Source of the DNA: a virus
Taxonomy: Duplodnaviria > Caudoviricetes
Strand: one strand, 5' to 3'
IMG/VR virus record: IMGVR_UViG_3300033076_001354
Coordinates: 32,001-96,000 of that record
DNA length: 64,000 nucleotides
A program made the position numbers and the translations under genes. Shown here piece by piece: positions 36,119-46,818 of this stretch. Numbering within the stretch: the stretch's first letter is position 1; the number at the start of each line of letters is the position of its first letter. The notes below the pieces were generated by a model. The model worked only from the letters and a program-made list of their open reading frames with translations. It made no database searches and had not been told where the DNA came from.

Positions 36119-37917
36119 TGTCTAATATAACTACAAAGTACTTCAGCGAAAAAATCGGCGAGTCGATCAAGCGCGAGATAGCGAACGGCGTCTACTACTT
36201 CGCCGTCGGTAGGTACACTCCTTGGCCGGATGAAGACAATCCAAACACCGCCTACGACACCACCGACTCGATCAACGAGTTCTCAAGGCACTTGGTCGCC
36301 GGCAAGCGCGTTAAGAGTGAAGACGTCACGAACTTGATCCGCAGGTACTTCTGGGGCAGCGGCAACACCTACGCCATGTATGACGACACCGACACCGAGC
36401 TGTACAACAAGCAGTTCTATGTGATCAACTCATCCGAAGCAGTGTATAAGTGTTTGTTCAACAACGGCAACACCGCTTCTACTTCAGAGCCTACTCTCGT
36501 TCAGAATAATATATTTCAGACCGCCGACGGCTACATGTGGAAATACATGTACTCGATTAGCTCATCGAACAATACGAAGTTTTCGACCGGATCATACATA
36601 CCCGTCGAACCCAACACAACCATCACCGCCGCGGCGGTTAACGGCGCGATCGATGTCGTTATACTCACGAATCCAGGCGTCGGCTACACCGGATACATCA
36701 CGGGCTCAGTCGCGCAGGTCATCTCCAATACGCTGTTCAGGTTGACTTCAACCTCGGCTCTCTCGGTCGACAGCTTCTACTACAACTCATCGGCGTTCTA
36801 CATCTATAACGGTACGGGCGAAGGCCAGCTGACGAACATCTCAAACTACGTCGTCAATGGTTCTGGTTACTACGTCTATACCGAAGACGCGTTGAACAGC
36901 CCAGCGCTCGACGCCACGTCTGAGTTCCGTATAGCTCCACAGATTCGCATCACAGGTGATGGATCGGGCGCGAAAGCCATCTGCACCGTCAATACCTCGA
37001 CAGACGCTTTGATGGGCATCGACGTCATCAGTCCAGGAAACAACTACTCCTACGCGAATGTACAGATCATATCGAACCCGTCATACGGTTCAAACGCGAC
37101 TGCGAGGGCAATCATCCCTCCCTTCGGTGGACACGGCTACGACGCCCACGCCGAACTGGGATCTAAGCTTCTCGGCTTCTCCGTCTTCTTCAACAACAAC
37201 GAGAGCGGATCGATCTCTACCGAAGTCTCGATTCGTCAGGGCGGACTCATCAGCTCACCGCAGAAGTACACAAAGCCCGCATACGCGAACGTAGCTTTCA
37301 ACGCCTTGACTGCCGTATCAAACACCGACGACACCATTGCGATCACAAACGCAAACACCTACTTCAACTACGGCGACAGGGTGATCTATAGGACCGACAC
37401 CGGAAACAACGCGATCGGCGGTCTGGCGAACGGTACACACTACTACGTGTCTTCGGCGAACTCAACGAAGATCAAGTTGGCAGCGACTCTCGATGGAACA
37501 TCCATCAACCTAACCGCAGGATCTTCTGAGACCGGTCACAGGCTCTTCACGACCAATACGTTCTCGACGAACACTTTCAACGCGCTGACGACACTCTCGA
37601 TCACCACCGGATTGAACACATTCACGAACAGCGAGATCATCACTGGAACGACTTCTGACGCGACTGCGAGGGTGGGTTTCGCCAACGCGACCACGGCGAA
37701 GGTCGTCATGATCTCAGGCAACTTCATATCGAACAGCACGTTTGGTGAAACTATTGTCGGAGAAACATCGGGCGTATCGGCAACTATCAATACAAACGGT
37801 ATAAATAATCCTGACATAGAACAATTCTCATTCAGAGTCTTGCACATAGACAACGTTGAGTACATCCAGCGCTCAGACACCGAGAATGAGCAGGGTTATT
37901 TGATAATAACGATTTAA
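36118..37917 (+). CDS. 8: Baseplate wedge gp8-like
   Basis: FYVINS...VYKCLFNN...SEPT...DGYMWKYMY and PFGGHGYD. Confidence 0.85.
   Translation: MSNITTKYFSEKIGESIKREIANGVYYFAVGRYTPWPDEDNPNTAYDTTDSINEFSRHLVAGKRVKSEDVTNLIRRYFWGSGNTYAMYDDTDTELYNKQFYVINSSEAVYKCLFNNGNTASTSEPTLVQNNIFQTADGYMWKYMYSISSSNNTKFSTGSYIPVEPNTTITAAAVNGAIDVVILTNPGVGYTGYITGSVAQVISNTLFRLTSTSALSVDSFYYNSSAFYIYNGTGEGQLTNISNYVVNGSGYYVYTEDALNSPALDATSEFRIAPQIRITGDGSGAKAICTVNTSTDALMGIDVISPGNNYSYANVQIISNPSYGSNATARAIIPPFGGHGYDAHAELGSKLLGFSVFFNNNESGSISTEVSIRQGGLISSPQKYTKPAYANVAFNALTAVSNTDDTIAITNANTYFNYGDRVIYRTDTGNNAIGGLANGTHYYVSSANSTKIKLAATLDGTSINLTAGSSETGHRLFTTNTFSTNTFNALTTLSITTGLNTFTNSEIITGTTSDATARVGFANATTAKVVMISGNFISNSTFGETIVGETSGVSATINTNGINNPDIEQFSFRVLHIDNVEYIQRSDTENEQGYLIITI
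37800..37807 (+). promoter_or_regulatory. T4 late promoter
   Basis: TATAAATA upstream of ORF 37926. Confidence 0.65.
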
Positions 37918-37925
37918 GGACCGCC

Positions 37926-40900
37926 ATGCCCACGCAGCTTAGCAACAACATCTCCACGGTAATCAGCACGACTTACCTCGATGATTTCAGTGAGTCGAAC
38001 AGGTACTATAAGATCCTGTTCAGGCCGTCTACCGCTGTGCAGGCAAGGGAACTCAACCAGATCCAGTCGATCCTTCAGAATCAGATCTCAAGGCTCGGCG
38101 ACTACAGCTTCAAAGACGGCTCGATCGTCGACGGCGTTCACATCACTTACAGGTCTAAGCTTCCGTTCGTCAGGTTGAATGATACATTCACGACGAACAC
38201 CTCTCAAGCCGTCACCGTATACGACAACAACTACCTCATCACCAACAGCTCGAACGGTACTATCGCGGTCAAAGCCTACATCGCCTACTCGGCGCGTGGA
38301 TATAAGGCCAACTATCCAGACACCAATCGCTGGTACCTCACCTACGTTCAGACGGGTAAAGACGGCTCGAACAACGACGTCAATGAGTTTCAGTCGGGCG
38401 ACACTCTCTATGTCTACGACACGACTCAGACTAAGTCGGCGGCGCTCGATGCCGGTAAGCTCATCGATACCATCACGATGCTTACGACTAACGCGACTGT
38501 CAACGCCACTGGTTACGGCTATGGATTGACTGTCTCAGACGGCGTCATCTATCAGAAGGGTTTCTTCTCGACCGTCAATACTCAGACGATCGTCGTTCGC
38601 AACTATGACCAGAACGTAAACAACTACGTGGTTGGCTTTGAGACCACTGAGACGATCGTCACCGAGAACCAAGACTCCTCACTCTACGACAACGCGATCG
38701 GTTCACCGAACTACAACGCTCCAGGTGCCCATCGCCTCAAGTTGACTCCGACACTCGTAGCAAAGCTTCGCACGGAAGCGTCGAACAACTTCTTTGCGAT
38801 CGCAGAGTTTGAGAACTCAACGACGGTTACACAGAAAGCTTCGCTCGATCCAAGCGCGCAGCTCATGGCTTCGATGGCCAAGAGGACCTACAACGAGTCG
38901 GGCGACTACGTCGTTCGTCCCTTCTTCCTCGATTCGGAAGCCGACGCTGCGAACACCTCGGCGTTCTACTACAAGCTTTCACCCGGTCTGGCTTACGTCA
39001 AGGGTTATGAAGTCGAGAAAGTCTCAGACGTATACGTCAACTCACCTCGAGCCGTCAATACAAACATTGAGCAGAACATTGGCATCACCTGCAACATGGG
39101 CAACTATGTTGTAGTCGACGAGGTCGAAGGTCTGTTCAACAACGAGACCCTCGCCGAAGTCACCCTCTACGATACTGCTCAGAACTCACTCTCGGATCGT
39201 GAAAACGCAAGCGCGTCGCCGTCTGGCTCGATCGTAGGCTACGCGAACGTTCGCGGCATGCAGCACTTCAGCGGAACCAAGGGTCTCTACACTACTCAGT
39301 ACGCCCTATACATCTTCAACATCCGCATGAACTCCGGCAAAACTTTCGCCAACGATGTTAAAGCTTTCTATCAAAGCACCGGCGTTGGATATGCAAAGGC
39401 CGACGCGGTTCTAGAATCCGGTGTAACTGTCCTTAAAGACTCAACACTCGCGGCAGCTGTGTTCCCAACGGGCTTCGGCGCGGTAAAGACTCTCGTGGTC
39501 AACGGCGCGGCTTCTTCGGACACGACCTTCAACTTCCGTCAGATCAGCTCGACCACGATGGCGTCGAACGGTTCGGCGATCTTTAACCTCGACACCGCGG
39601 CAGCGGGCGGCACGGAGCGGCTAGGGATCTCGGTCGGCAACTATACTTCGGCTGCCATCCTCAATCAATTCAACGTCGTCGCTGGAGCCGCGGCTTACAC
39701 GTCAAACATCGCAGGTTCTGTGTCTATAACCTCAGGCAGCGTAAACGTTACGGGTACTTCGACCACGTTTACAACGGCGATCGCGAACGGTGAACTCATC
39801 AGGGTCGCCAACTCATCGGCCACAGTCTACTATCAAGTCAACCAAGTCGCGAACAACACGTTCATGAACTTGATCAGCATTCCGGCCGCGACTTACGCGA
39901 CCTACAACGTCGCACACTTCTACCCTGAAGGTCACCACTTCAATGTAACGTCGATCAACGCGATCGCCGGCGGCATTTCCTTCAACATCAACACCGGTCT
40001 TACGCTCGCTTCCGGCTCAATGACTGTATACGCATCGTATCCCGTTAGCAAATCAACCGCCGTTCAAGCTAAGAAAGACGCGAACGAAGGGACTTGGGTC
40101 AAGATCGACTGCTCCAACAACGCGGCCACTTCGGTCGGACCATGGGACCTCGGTCTCGTCGACGTCTACAACATCAAGAACATCTATGTCGGCACGACGT
40201 ACGCGAACACCAATCCCGAGAGGAAGCAGTGGTTCTCGCTCGACAACGGTCAGCGCGATGATCTCTACGATCACGCTAAGATCTCGGTGAAGCCTGCATA
40301 CGCTTCAAGCATCACTGGATCGACTAAGCTTCTCATCGAGCTCGATCACTTCACGGCAAACACTTCTGCAGGCGTCGGATTCTTCACGGTCGACTCATAC
40401 CCGATCGACGATGCCAACACCGCGAATACTACCGCTATCACTACCGCTCAGATCCCAACGTTCCAGTCGAACAAGGGATACGTCGACCTTCGCAACGCCA
40501 TCGACTTCCGTCCGGTCAAGTACAACACCGCGACCGTAACGACGACCGTCGGTTCGGCCACGATCAATCCAGTCGTGTCGAACACCTCGTTCAACATTAC
40601 GTCGACGAATCAGTACATCGCCGAACCCGACTCAACCTTCTCAGGCGACTTCGAGTACTATCTGCCTCGCTACGACGTGGTCACCATGGACGTTGCAGGC
40701 AAGGTGCTCGCCAAAGCTGGTCAGTCTGCGGTTATACCTAAGGTGCCATACATCGAGAACGACGTCATGCCGATCGCGGAGGTGTTCGTTCCACCGTACC
40801 CGTCGCTGACAGTCAAAGAAGCTGAGACTTATAATCGCAAAGATCTCTCGATGAGGATCTCGGTCAAGACGACCAAGCGCTACACGATGAAGGACTTAAC

Positions 40901-43712
40901 TAAGTTCGATGATCGAATCAAGCGCCTTGAGTACTACGTCGTGTTGAACGCCCTTGAGCAGCAAGCCAAGGACATGAACGTTCCTTCGGCCGCCGATCCA
41001 ACGCTGAATAGGTTTAAGAACGGTATCTTCGCTGATCCATTCAACTCATTCAACAGCGCCGACGTAACAAACATTGAGTTCAAAGCATCGATCGACCCGC
41101 AGGCGACTGTGCTTCGTCCATTCTTCAATGCTTATCCCGTCGACTTTAAGTACGACACCGCCAACTCAACGACTGTGATCAACGGCAGCACCGTCACTGT
41201 GCCTTTCTCTCACGTCCAGTACATTCGTCAGCCGTACGCGACGAAGTACAGGAACTGCACCGAGTCGGTCTGGCAGTGGAATGGTAAGGTCGACCTCTAT
41301 CCATCATACGACTTCTTCCGCGACGAAAAGCAAGCAAACAACATCAACGTCAATATCGACAATTCTGCTCCTTGGAAAGACTTTGCCAACTCTCCGTTTG
41401 GAACCAACTACGGTGACTGGAGAACAACAAAAACTTCTACTAGGGAGGAGTCAGTAAGAGGTAGAACAACTAACGAAGGTGGTGGTCAATGGTCAAGAAC
41501 TGTTACAGATTCGACTATTACTACGACTACGCAGCAGCGCACCGTATCACAGATAAAAGTCGACACCGTAAACGAGAAAGTTGACCTTGGAAACTACGTA
41601 TCAGACTTCTCAATCAACCCGTACCTTCGCAGCAGGGTAGTGGCTTTCGTTGCTACGAACCTCAAGCCAAATACGACTATGCACGTCTTCTTCGACGGAA
41701 AGAACGTCGACGCTTACTGCGCCCCCGGTGTTTTAAGCAACGTAGCAAATCCTCCTTCGGGAAAAGAAGATGGAATAGTGAATCAGAATGGCGCTTATGG
41801 TTCTCCATTGGTTACTTCGGCCGATGGAAAACTGTACGGCGTGTTTAAGATTCCGGAAGGTATGTTTAGAACCGGTGACCGCGTGCTTAGGATCGTCAAC
41901 GTAAGTGACTTGGTGACCGGAGCAGACGCGATCATCACATCGGCGACCGGCACTTATTCGGGTCAGAACATCTCAGTCACCAAGCAGTCGACCACGCTTA
42001 ATCTTTCACAGCCTAAGATAAGCTTTAGCTCTAATACTCAGACACAGACTATTGTTGATAGAGATGTAACAAACGTTCGAACTGAAACTGGCGGTCGTCC
42101 AGAGCGTGATCCTATCGCCGAAACGTTTAAGATCACTCGTCCGGAAGACGGTTCATCTGGCATCTATATGACGAAGATCGGCGTGTACTTCTATGCGAAG
42201 GACAGCAATCCAAATAACGGTATCACGATATTGATAACTGAGACGAACAACGGCTTCCCCGATACTTCGGTCATCGTCGGTGAAGGACGCATCCTCTCAG
42301 CCAACGTTACCACGAGCACGACCGGTACGGTTGAGACTCAAATAACGCTTAATCAACCTGTGATGCTTACGGCAGATAAAGAATATGCGTTCGTCGTGAT
42401 GCCTGACGGCAATTCACCCGAATGGCTCATCTGGACGGCTGAGACCGGCGGTGTCGATGTCAACACCGGCGAGAACGTCTTCAGCAACCCATACGCCGGA
42501 ATCATGTTCGTCTCGGCGAATATGTCGGCATGGACACCTATCCAGAAAGAAGACATCAAGTTCAACATCTATCGCGCTTCGTTCTCAGTCGGCACCTACT
42601 ACGCTTACTTCAACAACGAAGACGATGAGTACATCACGACTGGTGGATTCACCCGTGCAAACTCATCGGTGGCGATCGAAGTCGGTGACTTGGTCTACGG
42701 CGCCAACTCGACGGGTGGTCCAAACACGGCCGCCAACGCCGCGTTCGGTAGGGTACAGTATGTAGATGAAGCCAACGGTGTTGTCTACCTCGATGGTTCG
42801 ACGAACGGTAAGTTCTACGCGGCGAACAACATCAACGTCTACAGGACGCCAGATCCGTCAAATACGACTTACATCACGAACACCTACTTGATCGCCAACG
42901 CCACGATCAGCACCGTTGACAACCTTGTGTATCAAGCGGTGGTTCCAAAGTTCGCTACGATTCAACCGATCTTGACCGACGTATTCTACGACTACAAGGG
43001 AACCGACGGTTCATACATCAAAGACACCTCGTATCAGAGAGTCGTCGGTGAGACTGAGTACGAGTACCTCGATAAGTCAAGGTACGCGGTCAGTAAGTCG
43101 AACGAAGTGGCGAGCATGGCCGGCGGAAAGTCTTCTACGTTCCGCATCGCGCTTGGTACGTCGACTTCATACGCATCGCCGGCTATCGGTCTCGGAAGAA
43201 AGTCTTCACTCTTCGTCAAGAACATAATCAACAACGACGCGACGAATGAGTACACGAGGTACGGAAACGCCAACACGAAGTACGTGTCGAAGAAGGTAGT
43301 TCTCGCCGACGGACAAGAAGCCGAAGACTTGAAAGTCATGATTACGGCCTATCGCCCGATCGACACCGACGTCAAGGTCTATGGAAAGTTCTGGAACGCT
43401 TCAGACCCTGAGACGTTCGACAGCAAGAACTGGACTCTTCTCTCGTACCTCAACGACAGCGACCTCGTATACAGCAGCCCGACAGATCGCGAAAACTTCT
43501 ATGAGTACGAGTTCGGTATACCCGCGACGACGACTTACACCAACGACGCCTACCTCGACGCGACGAACAGCAGCATCTTGACCTACGTCAACGCGGCTGG
43601 GTCTAAGTTCTCAAGCTACAAGATCTTCGCTGTCAAGATCGTGCTTCTTTCCTCAAACGCCGTCAGGATCCCGATGATCAACGACATCAGGGCCGTCGCG
43701 CTTCAGGTATAA
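37926..43712 (+). CDS. Large virion structural protein (DUF4815/VrlC-like)
   Basis: YYKILFRP..VQARELNQIQ, APGAHRLK, RYTMKD..RIKRLEYY and RFKNGIFADPF. Confidence 0.85.
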   Translation: MPTQLSNNISTVISTTYLDDFSESNRYYKILFRPSTAVQARELNQIQSILQNQISRLGDYSFKDGSIVDGVHITYRSKLPFVRLNDTFTTNTSQAVTVYDNNYLITNSSNGTIAVKAYIAYSARGYKANYPDTNRWYLTYVQTGKDGSNNDVNEFQSGDTLYVYDTTQTKSAALDAGKLIDTITMLTTNATVNATGYGYGLTVSDGVIYQKGFFSTVNTQTIVVRNYDQNVNNYVVGFETTETIVTENQDSSLYDNAIGSPNYNAPGAHRLKLTPTLVAKLRTEASNNFFAIAEFENSTTVTQKASLDPSAQLMASMAKRTYNESGDYVVRPFFLDSEADAANTSAFYYKLSPGLAYVKGYEVEKVSDVYVNSPRAVNTNIEQNIGITCNMGNYVVVDEVEGLFNNETLAEVTLYDTAQNSLSDRENASASPSGSIVGYANVRGMQHFSGTKGLYTTQYALYIFNIRMNSGKTFANDVKAFYQSTGVGYAKADAVLESGVTVLKDSTLAAAVFPTGFGAVKTLVVNGAASSDTTFNFRQISSTTMASNGSAIFNLDTAAAGGTERLGISVGNYTSAAILNQFNVVAGAAAYTSNIAGSVSITSGSVNVTGTSTTFTTAIANGELIRVANSSATVYYQVNQVANNTFMNLISIPAATYATYNVAHFYPEGHHFNVTSINAIAGGISFNINTGLTLASGSMTVYASYPVSKSTAVQAKKDANEGTWVKIDCSNNAATSVGPWDLGLVDVYNIKNIYVGTTYANTNPERKQWFSLDNGQRDDLYDHAKISVKPAYASSITGSTKLLIELDHFTANTSAGVGFFTVDSYPIDDANTANTTAITTAQIPTFQSNKGYVDLRNAIDFRPVKYNTATVTTTVGSATINPVVSNTSFNITSTNQYIAEPDSTFSGDFEYYLPRYDVVTMDVAGKVLAKAGQSAVIPKVPYIENDVMPIAEVFVPPYPSLTVKEAETYNRKDLSMRISVKTTKRYTMKDLTKFDDRIKRLEYYVVLNALEQQAKDMNVPSAADPTLNRFKNGIFADPFNSFNSADVTNIEFKASIDPQATVLRPFFNAYPVDFKYDTANSTTVINGSTVTVPFSHVQYIRQPYATKYRNCTESVWQWNGKVDLYPSYDFFRDEKQANNINVNIDNSAPWKDFANSPFGTNYGDWRTTKTSTREESVRGRTTNEGGGQWSRTVTDSTITTTTQQRTVSQIKVDTVNEKVDLGNYVSDFSINPYLRSRVVAFVATNLKPNTTMHVFFDGKNVDAYCAPGVLSNVANPPSGKEDGIVNQNGAYGSPLVTSADGKLYGVFKIPEGMFRTGDRVLRIVNVSDLVTGADAIITSATGTYSGQNISVTKQSTTLNLSQPKISFSSNTQTQTIVDRDVTNVRTETGGRPERDPIAETFKITRPEDGSSGIYMTKIGVYFYAKDSNPNNGITILITETNNGFPDTSVIVGEGRILSANVTTSTTGTVETQITLNQPVMLTADKEYAFVVMPDGNSPEWLIWTAETGGVDVNTGENVFSNPYAGIMFVSANMSAWTPIQKEDIKFNIYRASFSVGTYYAYFNNEDDEYITTGGFTRANSSVAIEVGDLVYGANSTGGPNTAANAAFGRVQYVDEANGVVYLDGSTNGKFYAANNINVYRTPDPSNTTYITNTYLIANATISTVDNLVYQAVVPKFATIQPILTDVFYDYKGTDGSYIKDTSYQRVVGETEYEYLDKSRYAVSKSNEVASMAGGKSSTFRIALGTSTSYASPAIGLGRKSSLFVKNIINNDATNEYTRYGNANTKYVSKKVVLADGQEAEDLKVMITAYRPIDTDVKVYGKFWNASDPETFDSKNWTLLSYLNDSDLVYSSPTDRENFYEYEFGIPATTTYTNDAYLDATNSSILTYVNAAGSKFSSYKIFAVKIVLLSSNAVRIPMINDIRAVALQV

Positions 43713-43714
43713 AT

Positions 43715-43912
43715 ATGAATAGCAACGAAAACTTAAAGAGGTTAGGTTCTAACCCAGGCGCGGTGGTAAACACCGACCATCCGGGACTCAAGGCGTACCG
43801 CGAGGCTAGGGAACGGGTTAGACAGAGAAACAAAGACTTTGAACAGCTGAAGACTGAAGTCACCGAGCTCAAGTCGATGCTGAACCAAATACTAGAGAAG
43901 TTGGACAAATGA
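43715..43912 (+). CDS. Small coiled-coil protein
   Basis: GAVVNTD...LKTEVTELKSMLNQIL. Confidence 0.8.
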   Translation: MNSNENLKRLGSNPGAVVNTDHPGLKAYREARERVRQRNKDFEQLKTEVTELKSMLNQILEKLDK

Positions 43913-44523
43913 CGATAGCGATCGCAAACGTAGATACAACGACCGACTCATTCGGCCAGTGGATCACGAAGACAAACGTCTTATCGGACGCTATGTCGAA
44001 CAAAGTTGTCACCACGAACTCAAACACGGCGGTAGGCAACGCGGCGGTCTCATCGGCTTTCTCAGCGAACGCCCTCTACGCAAACACCCTCTCGGGCGGC
44101 AACAACTCGGTCACCGCTCCTCTCGCCGTCGCGACCAACACGTCTTTCACGGCGAACGTAGCTTTCAACGGGTACAGGACCAACTTAGGTCTCGGCGCAA
44201 ACGTTTCCGTAAACTCGGGCAACAGCACTTTCAGGGTGCTGACGGTCAACTCCGCCGCTTCCAACACACTCGTCGCAACTAAGATCTCGTTCGGTGACTT
44301 GTATGATATGAACGTTGCGTCGGCCGGCAACGGCGAAGTGTTGGTCTATACGTCCAACGGCAACTACTGGTACAACACCAACTCGGTCAACATAAATACT
44401 ACGACAAACACCGTGACTTTCTCTGGAAACATCGTCGTGTCGGGCATCCAATACGGGAACGGACAATCGTTCAGTTCATTGGTCGTCTACTACGCGAACG
44501 GTGTCCAAGCATTTCCAACATAA
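43909..44523 (+). CDS. Short fibre/adaptor protein
   Basis: TDSFGQWITKTN N-terminal motif. Confidence 0.75.
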   Translation: MTIAIANVDTTTDSFGQWITKTNVLSDAMSNKVVTTNSNTAVGNAAVSSAFSANALYANTLSGGNNSVTAPLAVATNTSFTANVAFNGYRTNLGLGANVSVNSGNSTFRVLTVNSAASNTLVATKISFGDLYDMNVASAGNGEVLVYTSNGNYWYNTNSVNINTTTNTVTFSGNIVVSGIQYGNGQSFSSLVVYYANGVQAFPT

Positions 44524-44532
44524 GCGTAAACG

Positions 44533-45630
44533 ATGGCAGCGCTACTTAAAATCAATACCGCTACGAGTCCAGTCTCCCTCAAGCAAGCTTCTGGGACCGA
44601 CTACGACTATGCTGTGAACCTGATACTTACGCAGTTCACGACCTCGACGTCGAACGCGAACATCACGGTTAATCCGGCGAACACCACGGGTTTGACGCTG
44701 ATCGGTACGTTTACTGATACGTACTTGAACGCCACGCCGGGACAACACCCGATTGGTACCACGCCGCTGTCCGTGACCTATAACTTCTACCAAGATCAGC
44801 AGGCTGCGTCAGAATCGATCACGCGTCCAATCGAGTTTGACACGACGATCAAAGAACAGAACGACACGACTTTGAACGCCGACTTGATCGCGACCGCTTT
44901 GGCTAACTTAGCGTCGACCGGCGTAGGTGCTTATGCCCTTCAGCCAACTTCACCGACGGGCGGCACTTGGGTTTCAATAAGCACGATTACCAACACACTC
45001 GACGCGGTCACAACGAACACCACTCAGCTTTGGAAAAAGACGGCGGCTGCTTCTACGCCATCTACCCTTAGGCCGATCAAGCTCAACACCGGTACTTCTC
45101 CAATCTCATTGAAGGAGATGTCGGACGCCGAGATCCAGTCGCTCGCCGCGCGCTTAAAGAATCGATTGATCGCGACCGGCATCGGTACGTACAAGATTCA
45201 AGGCACCACACCGGTAGGTGGAACATGGGTTACGTCAGGCGCCTCGTTCCTTGACACGACTAGAACCTCGTCGTCGGTTTCTTACTCCGGAACGTATACC
45301 GGCACCTACACCGGAAGCTACACAGGAAGCTACAGTGGAACGTATTCCGGTACGTACACCGGAAGCTACATCGGCACCTATAGTGGCAACTATACTGGAA
45401 CCTATCGCCCATCGTTCAACGGATACCTTGGCGGCTTCTTTACCGGTACATACACGGGCTTCTATAGCGGGACTTACATCGGAAGCTATACGGGCGGCTA
45501 CACCGGAAGCTACACTGGAAGTTATACTGGAAGCTACACAGGAAACTATACGGGTGGATACGCTGGCGATACGTTAAATAACGACAGCAGCACAGTCTCA
45601 ACAGTCTACTTATGGGTAAGGACGGCATAA
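44533..45630 (+). CDS. Virion protein with Y-[TS]-G-x tetrapeptide repeats
   Basis: Duplicated N-terminal module; about 21 tetrapeptide units. Confidence 0.85.
   Translation: MAALLKINTATSPVSLKQASGTDYDYAVNLILTQFTTSTSNANITVNPANTTGLTLIGTFTDTYLNATPGQHPIGTTPLSVTYNFYQDQQAASESITRPIEFDTTIKEQNDTTLNADLIATALANLASTGVGAYALQPTSPTGGTWVSISTITNTLDAVTTNTTQLWKKTAAASTPSTLRPIKLNTGTSPISLKEMSDAEIQSLAARLKNRLIATGIGTYKIQGTTPVGGTWVTSGASFLDTTRTSSSVSYSGTYTGTYTGSYTGSYSGTYSGTYTGSYIGTYSGNYTGTYRPSFNGYLGGFFTGTYTGFYSGTYIGSYTGGYTGSYTGSYTGSYTGNYTGGYAGDTLNNDSSTVSTVYLWVRTA
45283..45567 (+). repeat. 12-bp coding tandem repeat (consensus near TACACCGGAAGC)
   Basis: Encodes the YTGS-type arrays. Confidence 0.85.
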
Positions 45631-45631
45631 T

Positions 45632-46066
45632 ATGGCAAGGAAGATTATAAATCCTAGGTGGGGCAACGACGAGAAGACGGCTATTCTCGCTACGTTTAAG
45701 TACGACGACGGTCGCGAACTCGTCGCATCGATCAGCAACGTCGACGACACGATGAATCCTGATTGGAAAGAAATCATGGATACTTTCGGCGTTGAAATGT
45801 TGGATCAGAACACGGGCGACGCGCTTGAAAGCCACATGAAAAGAAAAGCTGAACGGGCCGAACGCGCTAAGATCGACCAAGATCGCGCGATGAAAGAAAA
45901 CTTGTTCAACTTGAAAGCCGAAGCCTTCGACATGGAAATCGTGAAGAACTCTAAGAACAGAGACGTCAAGAACAAGATCCGCAGGGCAGCCACTCCGACG
46001 GAAGTTCTCGTCTATACAGCTCTCCTTCACATGCTCGAGGATCCGTTGGCTAAACCCATGGCCTAA
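45632..46066 (+). CDS. Hypothetical protein, possible fibre chaperone
   Basis: NPRWGNDEKTAI resembles the N-termini of tail-fibre assembly proteins. Confidence 0.6.
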   Translation: MARKIINPRWGNDEKTAILATFKYDDGRELVASISNVDDTMNPDWKEIMDTFGVEMLDQNTGDALESHMKRKAERAERAKIDQDRAMKENLFNLKAEAFDMEIVKNSKNRDVKNKIRRAATPTEVLVYTALLHMLEDPLAKPMA

Positions 46067-46068
46067 TC

Positions 46069-46818
46069 ATGAACGGCTTTCTTTATGTGGCTTCACAGAG
46101 CGCCGCTTTCTATAAGTCAGCGGTGAACTCTGCAATATCCCTCCGTGATAATTATCCTGAAGCAAACATTACGCTCTTCACGCACGCCGACTTCGTTCAA
46201 GAGTCGGACCGCAAGTTCTTTGATAAGATTGAGACTGGGATCCCGATCCATAAGCGCGCCAAGATGTACGGCATGGCTAGGACGCCTTACGAGAAGACTT
46301 TCTACCTAGACGCCGATACTGAAATTAGATCTGAGAATATCAAAAAAGTATTTGACATCCTAGGAAACAATGATATAATGTTTACTAGGATTATATCAAA
46401 AGTTTCTAAAGATCGATTGATTGATTCCAACAATAATCTAGAGTATCACGGCGGTGTGGTTCTTTATAATTCAAAGAAGCTTACTCTTCAGTTGATGCAG
46501 GATTGGTATGAGACTTACCTGATCCAAGACCGTACGCCGTGGAGTCAAAGTCCGTTCGCCAGATTCAATCCTAAGATGAGACCATGGGATCAGTTCACCA
46601 TCTGGTACTTATTGAACGTAGATCCTAAATATAAAAAGATCAAGCACGACTTTTTTCCAGACGGCGGACACTCGTTCAACTATATAAGTCTGTTTGAAAA
46701 CTATGAAGAATTCAAAGAAATCGAACAGATCGTTTATCATCATACTATTCCACGTGACAGGATAGAAAATGCAGTCCTTATCAGACCTAAATCCGGACTT
46801 ACTGAAGACTTTAACTGA
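46069..46818 (+). CDS. GT-A nucleotide-diphospho-sugar transferase
   Basis: TPYEKTFYLDADT (DxD), HGGVVLY and WDQF. Confidence 0.85.
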   Translation: MNGFLYVASQSAAFYKSAVNSAISLRDNYPEANITLFTHADFVQESDRKFFDKIETGIPIHKRAKMYGMARTPYEKTFYLDADTEIRSENIKKVFDILGNNDIMFTRIISKVSKDRLIDSNNNLEYHGGVVLYNSKKLTLQLMQDWYETYLIQDRTPWSQSPFARFNPKMRPWDQFTIWYLLNVDPKYKKIKHDFFPDGGHSFNYISLFENYEEFKEIEQIVYHHTIPRDRIENAVLIRPKSGLTEDFN

